NCBI GenBank assembly: GCA_050949045.1
Contig: JBMNEZ010000001.1
Location: 192,001 to 256,000, forward strand
DNA length: 64,000 nucleotides
Direction: 5' to 3'
Source of the DNA: Candidatus Izemoplasmatales bacterium
Lineage (GTDB): Bacteria; Bacillota_I; Bacilli_A; Izemoplasmatales; Hujiaoplasmataceae
Part shown: positions 57,653 through 64,000 of the stretch, one piece after another
How positions within the stretch are numbered: the stretch's first letter is position 1
Layout: each line of letters starts with the position of its first letter
Notes under the pieces: model-generated
Told to the model about the DNA's origin: nothing
The model's database searches: none
What the model saw: only the letters and a program-made list of their open reading frames with translations
Translations under genes and position numbers: made by a program

Positions 57653-57844
57653 TTATGCTCTTGTCACTTTGCCGCTCTTGAGGGCTCTCGCAGATACGTA
57701 GACGCGTTTGACTTTCCCGTTCTCGTCGACAATCCGGACTTTTTGAAGATTGGCCTTCCATAACTTTCTTGTCGCATGCATAGAATGCGAACGCTGGTTG
57801 CCCGACATAAATTTCTTACCCGATACCGCACATACTCTCGGCAT
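57653..57844 (-). CDS. rpmB: 50S ribosomal protein L28
   Basis: [38 protein letters not shown] 57844 after GGAG. Confidence 0.95.
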   Translation of the reverse strand: MPRVCAVSGKKFMSGNQRSHSMHATRKLWKANLQKVRIVDENGKVKRVYVSARALKSGKVTRA

Positions 57845-58097
57845 GATATCACTCCGTTCCCGTATCGATTTCAGCATTTCTATTTTACCATAATCAAAGC
57901 AAAAAGCAAGTAAAAGTTTCTTATTTTCCCTATTGCTTTTTCCCGTGTTCGAGGTGTTTTCATATATCTTGCATTTTAATGGTTGATATGATAAAATGTT
58001 ATTGCTTTTTTTGGTTTTGTCATTATATTCGCATTGAATCATTTGTGTAAAAATATCATTATATCATTGATCATCGCGATAGCGTATGGAGGATCAT

Positions 58098-59777
58098 ATG
58101 CAAAACGAGGTTATGGATGGGCAACTGTTCAAGCAGCTGATCATCAATGGCAATATCAGCTTGCGCAATGACATAGAGCGAATCAACCAATTGAACGTGT
58201 TTCCGGTTCCTGACGGCGATACCGGTTCGAATATGTCCGCGACGATGGCGGCCGGCGCGAAGGCGCTTGCCAATGTCGAGGACACTGAAATCGACAAAGT
58301 GGCGAAACTGCTTGCCCGAGGGATGCTAATGGGGGCAAGAGGCAACTCAGGCGTCATTCTTTCGCAGTTGTTTAGCGGCATGGCCAGCGGCTTGAAGGGT
58401 TATCAGGCAGTTACCCCCATGGAATTTTCGAAAGCGCTTCGTCAAGGCGTCGAGCAGGCTTACGCCGCCGTCATCAACCCCGTCGAGGGGACAATACTGA
58501 CGGTTGCTCGTGAAGGCGCCGACCGAGCTTTGTCGGTTGCGGATAGTGTTGAATCTTTTCAGGAACTTTTCGCGCATTATCTTGAAGAATTGAAGGCGTC
58601 ATTAGAAAGGACGCCGGATCTGTTGCCGGTTTTGAAAGAGGTCGGGGTCATTGATTCCGGCGGTGCCGGCTACATCGATGTCGTCATCGGCATGACCGAT
58701 GCCCTCAACGGCAAGTTCTATGATGATGTCCAGAAGGAACAGGTGGCGCTTGAGGCACCGAAGGTGGATCTGAATCAATTGTCCAATGAGAAAGATTACG
58801 GTTATTGCACCGAGTTCATCATGCAGATCCGAAAAATGGACGAATTCAGCCAAAAGGACTTTGTGGACATGATCACGCCGCTTGGCGATTCGTTGGTAGT
58901 CGTTCAAGATGAGAACATCCTCAAAGTCCACATCCATACCAAGACGCCTGGAGACGCTCTGAACATCGCCCAGCATTTCGGTTTTTTCATTAACCTCAAG
59001 ATCGAGAACATGGCCCTTCAACATACAAAAGTCACTCTTCACAATCCCCTTGACCATCTGCAAGATGGCGATGCTATCTGCGGGCACGACCACGGCAGCT
59101 CAGTCGCCCCGAGCGTTAAGAAGCGCTATGCGATCGTCGCTGTTGTGAACGGCAACGGTTTGAAGGAGACCTTCATCGAGATGGGTGTCGACTATATCGT
59201 CGACGGTGGTCAGACGATGAATCCCGCGATTGAGGATTTTGTGGCCGCTTGCGACAAAATCAATACCGATCACATCATTATCATTCCCAACAACAAAAAC
59301 GTGCTCTTGTCGGCGCAGACGGCCGCAAAACTGATCGAAGGCAAGGATGTCCGCGTCCTTCCCGCCAAAACGATCGCCCAGGGATACGCTTCGCTCACGA
59401 TGTTTGACTCGACCCAAGATGTCGATCAGAATCTGAAGGATATGCAAAACCATCTCCAGAATGTTAAGACCGGCGAAGTCACCTATGCCATCCGCCAAAG
59501 TGTGAACAATGGTATCTCGATCGAAAAAGGCGACTATATGGGCATCTACGATAATCAGATCGTCGCCAGCCACAAGGATCGTTATCAGGTTGTTTGTTCG
59601 CTGATCAAGGCGATGGTTGACTCCGAGTCGGAGATCATCACGCTTATGATCGGGAATGACGTCCCGCCTGAGGAATCCGAACTCTTGAGCAACTTTCTCG
59701 AAAAAGAGTTCAGTGTCGAGATCGAGATCATCGACGGCGGTCAAGAAATCTATTCCTATATTATCGCAGTAGAGTAA
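58098..59777 (+). CDS. fakA: Fatty acid kinase catalytic subunit (DAK2 domain, YloV)
   Basis: LNVFPVPDGDTG, GARGNSG, EGTILTV, DSGG, YGYCTEF, KVHIHT, GGQTMNP. Confidence 0.93.
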   Translation: MQNEVMDGQLFKQLIINGNISLRNDIERINQLNVFPVPDGDTGSNMSATMAAGAKALANVEDTEIDKVAKLLARGMLMGARGNSGVILSQLFSGMASGLKGYQAVTPMEFSKALRQGVEQAYAAVINPVEGTILTVAREGADRALSVADSVESFQELFAHYLEELKASLERTPDLLPVLKEVGVIDSGGAGYIDVVIGMTDALNGKFYDDVQKEQVALEAPKVDLNQLSNEKDYGYCTEFIMQIRKMDEFSQKDFVDMITPLGDSLVVVQDENILKVHIHTKTPGDALNIAQHFGFFINLKIENMALQHTKVTLHNPLDHLQDGDAICGHDHGSSVAPSVKKRYAIVAVVNGNGLKETFIEMGVDYIVDGGQTMNPAIEDFVAACDKINTDHIIIIPNNKNVLLSAQTAAKLIEGKDVRVLPAKTIAQGYASLTMFDSTQDVDQNLKDMQNHLQNVKTGEVTYAIRQSVNNGISIEKGDYMGIYDNQIVASHKDRYQVVCSLIKAMVDSESEIITLMIGNDVPPEESELLSNFLEKEFSVEIEIIDGGQEIYSYIIAVE

Positions 59778-59805
59778 AAGGGCATTGAAAAAATACCCTT
59801 TTTTT
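59776..59805 (+). terminator. Probable terminator after fakA
   Basis: AAAAGGGCATT-gaaa-AATACCCTTTT-TTT. Confidence 0.6.
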
Positions 59806-59842
59806 CTATATAATTAGGTCAAAAGAAAGGGGACGGTCTGAG

Positions 59843-61843
59843 GTGGGGCTCAAACAGATAAAGGGGATCGGCGACGCCACCATCAAGAAACTGAGGCAGG
59901 CAAACATCAATTCCGTGGCCGATCTCGTGGAAACCTTTCCCGTCAAATATCTTGAAAAAAGAATCTCGTCTTTCCAAGAAGCTAAACTCGGAGTCGAGAT
60001 CACTCTTGAAGGCATTGTCAGGACAGATGCGAATGTCTTTTTTATTCGCCGCCGGTTGAACAAGCTGACTTTTTCGATCAATGTCGGCAATGTTGTTTTC
60101 AACGTTGCCATTTTCAATCGCGAATTTTTGGTAGGCAATCTGAAAAAGGGAGCCGAAGCCGTCATCACTGGCAAATTCACCACGAGTCTCAACAGTTTTT
60201 CCGCCACTGATGTTGTGATGAAAAAGTACTTTAGGGAAGGCATCATTCCTGTCTACGCGGTTCCCGGACTGTCGAGCAGGCAGTATCACAAGCTAGTCAC
60301 GGCCGCTCTTTCAGACTATCTTCCAACCGTCAAGGAGGATCTTCCGGAGGAATTAATCGCAAAGAACAAACTGCTTGACAAACGCGCTTTCTTAAAAATC
60401 GTCCATCAGCCGGCTACTCTTGATGACACGCTGAGAGCGGCCGAAAGGATCAAGTATTGTGAGTTTCTGGATTTCGCCCTTAAAGTTGAAGGGTACCGGG
60501 CATTGAATCAAAGAGTCGTTAAGACTCCGAAAAAATATGATATTGTCCGTGTCCGTGAATTTATCGGTCAATTGCCTTTTAATCTAACAGATGACCAAAA
60601 GCAAGCCACAAACGAAATCTTCGTCGACCTCAAGAGCAACCATCCGATGAACCGGCTGTTGCAGGGGGAAGTCGGTTCGGGAAAGACGATTATTGCCATT
60701 TTGGCGATGCTCGCAGTCTGTACCGCCAAGGAGCAGGTGGCTGTCATGGCTCCGACCGAGATCTTGGCATGGCAGAACTTTCGGGTCATTGAGCGTTATC
60801 TCAAACCTTGGGGGATAAACATAGCTATTTTGACCGGCAGTTCCAAAAAGAACGAAAGGAAGTCGATTCTTAATCAACTGGCTATAGGAAAGATCGATAT
60901 CTTGATCGGCACGCATGCTCTAATCCAAGACGACTTGGATTTTTACCGCCTTGGCCTTGTCATAATCGATGAACAGCACCGCTTCGGCGTTAGGCAAAGG
61001 CAGATTCTAAGACAGAAAGGGCAAAGCCCCGATGTGCTTCTGATGACGGCAACGCCGATCCCGAGGACGTTGGCAATCACCTTGTTTCGCGATATGGATA
61101 TATCTACTGTTAGAACATTGCCCACTGGCAGGAAGCCGATCTTGACCGAAATTGTCGAATACACCGATCTTTCGCGCGTTTTTTCAATAACACTCGAGGA
61201 AGTCAAAAAGGGAAGACAAGCATATTTCATTGTGCCCTTGATCAGTGGAAACGAGCAAAGTTCTCAGATATCGCTTGCGGAATTCAAGGAAGAGATCGAA
61301 AAGTCGGTTCTCGGAGGGTGCGCCATCGGTTATTTACACGGCCAACAGAAGAACTTTGAGAAACAAAGCGTTTTAGAACGCTTTTATCGGAATGAAACGC
61401 CCATTCTGGTCTCGACGACGGTCGTCGAAGTTGGCGTAAACGTCCCAAACGCCACGATTATGGCGATTCTTTGCGCCAACAGCTTCGGTTTGTCGCAATT
61501 GCACCAGTTGCGGGGCCGCATTGGCCGTGGCAATGAACAGGGGCGTTGTTTCCTGATCGTTGATTCCGATCCTGAAAACAGAACAAAACTCGAGATTTTG
61601 GAAACGGAAACCGACGGGTTCGCAATCAGCCTTGCGGATCTCAGACTCCGAGGACCGGGAGAAGTCTTCGGCGACGAGCAGACCGGCATCATGCGCTTCC
61701 GGATGGGCAATCTGATTCTTGACGATCAGATCTTTGAACGGGCGATCCATGATGCTCGGTGGCTGCTGGAATCAACTGATCCTTTGGCGATCAAACTTGT
61801 CCGCGGCTGTTTTAAGAAAATCGACACCTATATCTTGGATTGA
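59843..61843 (+). CDS. recG: ATP-dependent DNA helicase RecG
   Basis: RLLQGEVGSGKT, IIDEQHRFG, MTATPIPR, QLHQLRGR, DLRLRGPG. Confidence 0.95.
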   Translation: MGLKQIKGIGDATIKKLRQANINSVADLVETFPVKYLEKRISSFQEAKLGVEITLEGIVRTDANVFFIRRRLNKLTFSINVGNVVFNVAIFNREFLVGNLKKGAEAVITGKFTTSLNSFSATDVVMKKYFREGIIPVYAVPGLSSRQYHKLVTAALSDYLPTVKEDLPEELIAKNKLLDKRAFLKIVHQPATLDDTLRAAERIKYCEFLDFALKVEGYRALNQRVVKTPKKYDIVRVREFIGQLPFNLTDDQKQATNEIFVDLKSNHPMNRLLQGEVGSGKTIIAILAMLAVCTAKEQVAVMAPTEILAWQNFRVIERYLKPWGINIAILTGSSKKNERKSILNQLAIGKIDILIGTHALIQDDLDFYRLGLVIIDEQHRFGVRQRQILRQKGQSPDVLLMTATPIPRTLAITLFRDMDISTVRTLPTGRKPILTEIVEYTDLSRVFSITLEEVKKGRQAYFIVPLISGNEQSSQISLAEFKEEIEKSVLGGCAIGYLHGQQKNFEKQSVLERFYRNETPILVSTTVVEVGVNVPNATIMAILCANSFGLSQLHQLRGRIGRGNEQGRCFLIVDSDPENRTKLEILETETDGFAISLADLRLRGPGEVFGDEQTGIMRFRMGNLILDDQIFERAIHDARWLLESTDPLAIKLVRGCFKKIDTYILD

Positions 61844-61875
61844 TGTGATATACTAGTGCTACCGGAGGTGGAACT

Positions 61876-62889
61876 ATGATCAAAATCGCCGTTGATGCCA
61901 TGGGTGGCGACTATGCGCCCAAAGAACAGATCGAAGGCGCGATGCTCGCCGTCAAAAACATCAGTGACATCGAAATCAGCCTTTATGGTGATCCGGAGAG
62001 AATCAGCCGATATTTGACGAATTCCGAGAGAATTTCCATTGTCCCTAGTTCCTATGTGATCGCAATGGGCGAGAAAAATCCGATCAAGGCGATCAAGGAA
62101 CATCCCGATTCCTCGATGGCCATGGCATTGTCAAGTCTTCGCAAGGGCGAAAGCGAAGCGGTCGTCAGCAGTGGCGCCACCCAGGCCTTGATCGCCGGCG
62201 CGCATATTCTGGTCAGAAGAATGCGGGGATTTAAGCGGACAGCCATCGCTCCGGTGATCCCTTCGCTTTCCGGCAAACCGACTATCCTGCTCGATTGTGG
62301 GGCGAATCTTGAAATCCGCCCTGAGCATATGCTCCAGCAGGCGTATTTTGCGGTTGTATATGCAAGAGAAGTCCTGGAAAGAGAAAATCCCGTTGTCGGC
62401 TTGATCAACATTGGCACTGAAGACGGCAAGGGCCGGGAGATCGACAAGGAAGTCTTTCAACTCTTCAAATCAACGGATCTCTTCGCTTTTTACGGAAATG
62501 TCGAGCCGAAGTCGGTCCTTGATCCACCTTGCGATATCCTGATTTCCGATGGATTCACCGCCAATATCGTAATGAAAACGATGGAAGGGACGGCTGATGG
62601 TATCGGCAAAATGCTGAAGCAGAAACTGACTTCCTCGCTCATCGCCAAGCTCGGCGCCCTGCTTGCCAAAAAGGCGCTCAACGATTTGAAACGGTCCATG
62701 TCGCCGGAGGAAATCGGCGGGGCCTTGATCTACGGTCTCTACCGCCCGGTAATCAAAGCCCAGGGAGCGTCGAGGGCCTATGGTTTTTACAACGCCATCA
62801 GACAGGCGAGCCTGATCGTCCGCAACGAGGTTTTCACCAAGGTCGAAAAATATCTGGAAACGACGAAAGAGGCGCTCGACGATGAGTGA
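61876..62889 (+). CDS. plsX: Phosphate acyltransferase PlsX
   Basis: IAVDAMGGD, LDCGAN, NIGTE..KG, GNVE, DGFTAN. Confidence 0.95.
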   Translation: MIKIAVDAMGGDYAPKEQIEGAMLAVKNISDIEISLYGDPERISRYLTNSERISIVPSSYVIAMGEKNPIKAIKEHPDSSMAMALSSLRKGESEAVVSSGATQALIAGAHILVRRMRGFKRTAIAPVIPSLSGKPTILLDCGANLEIRPEHMLQQAYFAVVYAREVLERENPVVGLINIGTEDGKGREIDKEVFQLFKSTDLFAFYGNVEPKSVLDPPCDILISDGFTANIVMKTMEGTADGIGKMLKQKLTSSLIAKLGALLAKKALNDLKRSMSPEEIGGALIYGLYRPVIKAQGASRAYGFYNAIRQASLIVRNEVFTKVEKYLETTKEALDDE

Positions 62890-63565
62890 TATCAAGAAAT
62901 TGCAGGCGTATTTCGGCCTTAAGTTCAACGACGAAAGCCTCCTTGTCAGGGCTTTGACCCATTCCTCTTACGCCAACGAAGCTCAGACCAAAAGCTATGA
63001 GCGTCTGGAGTTCATCGGCGATGCCGTTCTTGATCTCGCTGTCGGACACTATCTTTTCAATAACCTTGATGAACCTGAAGGAGTATTGACCAAGAAACGG
63101 GCTCAAGAAGTCTGCGAGGCCAGCCTAGCAGCCTATGCCCGTAGTTTCAATCTTGGAAAATACCTTTTGTTGGGCCGCGGGGAGGAAAAAAGCGGCGGCC
63201 GGGAAAAACCGGCGATCCTCGCCGATGCCTTTGAAGCATTCCTCGGAGCCGTATTTCTCGATAAGGGCTTTTCAGAAGTCTACAAAATCCTCGATAAGGT
63301 AGTCTTTCCAGTGATAGCCGCCAATCTGGATCAAGAGGACAGCGACTACAAAAGCAAACTGCAGGAACTTGTCCAATCCGACAAAAGGACCCTGACCTAT
63401 GAGATCATCAGCGAATCAGGTCCTGCGCATGAGCGCAAGTTTATAGCGAGGGTGTACATGGACGATGTGATCATCATGGGAGAGGGCGAAGGAAAAACCA
63501 AGAAAGACGCCGAGCAGAATGCCGCCAAGGCGACGCTTGACAAGTTAGCCGAAACCGATAAGTGA
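62882..63565 (+). CDS. rnc: Ribonuclease III
   Basis: ALTHSS, ERLEFIGDAVL, ADAFEA, dsRBD (YKSKLQE, KKDAEQNAA). Confidence 0.97.
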   Translation: MSDIKKLQAYFGLKFNDESLLVRALTHSSYANEAQTKSYERLEFIGDAVLDLAVGHYLFNNLDEPEGVLTKKRAQEVCEASLAAYARSFNLGKYLLLGRGEEKSGGREKPAILADAFEAFLGAVFLDKGFSEVYKILDKVVFPVIAANLDQEDSDYKSKLQELVQSDKRTLTYEIISESGPAHERKFIARVYMDDVIIMGEGEGKTKKDAEQNAAKATLDKLAETDK

Positions 63566-63589
63566 TATCCTCGGGAAAGGATGAATGTG

Positions 63590-64000
63590 ATGGACTATCT
63601 TTTGGTAAAAAGACTATTGATGGAAGATGTGCTAGATTTCGACAAACTGATACTCAAAAACTTTAAGGCGATCGGCATGTCGGAATTAGAAGCCATCGTC
63701 ATCATTGAACTCAATAACCAGACGAAACGGGGAAACACCTTCCTTTCGCCAGCAAAACTGGGAAAAAACCTCTCGATGCCCCAGGAAAAATTGCTCGCAA
63801 TTTTAGATCAGCTGCTTAAAAAGAAACTTCTGACGATCCAGATCAAGAAAGGGAAAAACGGCAAGGAAACGGAAGTCTTTTTGCTTGACAACATCATCGA
63901 GAAGATTTTTGTCAATTATCAGAACCAACTCAAGGACGAGTTGATCAATAAGCCGAAACAATATGAGAGCAACGCCGATGAGGTCGTCGATCTGATCGAA
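63590..64000 (+). CDS. DnaD-family replication protein, N-terminal part (runs off window edge)
   Basis: Not in ORF track. Open frame MDYLLVKRLLMEDVLDFDKLILKNFKAIGMSELEAIVIIEL...FLSPAKLGKNLSM...LLKKKLLTI... resembles the DnaD N-terminal winged helix; GAAAGG RBS. Confidence 0.65.
   Translation, partial: MDYLLVKRLLMEDVLDFDKLILKNFKAIGMSELEAIVIIELNNQTKRGNTFLSPAKLGKNLSMPQEKLLAILDQLLKKKLLTIQIKKGKNGKETEVFLLDNIIEKIFVNYQNQLKDELINKPKQYESNADEVVDLIE

Noticed and set aside
57845..58042. 66-aa N-terminal extension of L28
   Set aside because: AT-rich divergent promoter region; canonical L28 begins at 57844.
1..64000. tRNA/rRNA genes, CRISPR arrays, IS elements, prophage, UGA-Trp recoding
   Set aside because: None recognised; conserved genes such as pheS, rnc and arcC end at TGA at their expected C-termini, so code 11 applies.

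Overview
This 64 kb window is mostly core chromosome of a Bacillota-derived bacterium using genetic code 11 (TGA is a stop). An Izemoplasmatales/Acholeplasmatales-like wall-less lineage is inferred from PolC, DnaB/DnaI/DnaD, CcpA, T-boxes, FakA-PlsX, eroded Bacillus-type gene order and Thr-rich lipoproteins. It carries housekeeping genes (rimM-trmD-rplS, ccpA, tyrS, thrS, pheST, polA-mutM-coaE, dnaB-dnaI, rqcH, gmk-rpoZ, polC, rlmN, rsgA-rpe-thiN, rpmB, fakA-recG-plsX-rnc), three T-box riboswitches and an L19 leader. I found no tRNA, rRNA, CRISPR array, prophage or IS. The standout is a six-gene Opp/Dpp-type ABC importer (3744-11399) in which three of the five canonical subunits look re-engineered: the family-5 solute-binding lipoprotein appears circularly permuted, OppC carries a seven-bladed RCC1/BLIP-II-like beta-propeller in its extracytoplasmic loop, and OppF has a ~190-aa insertion in its ATPase domain. 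A small membrane protein closes the operon. Other oddities are a GPH sugar symporter with a repeat-bearing acidic loop, a PII-like/CPA2 antiporter pair, tandem lipoprotein HtrA proteases with and without PDZ, and a Tyr T-box overlapping the ccpA stop codon. All calls come from motif recognition by eye; no database searches were run.
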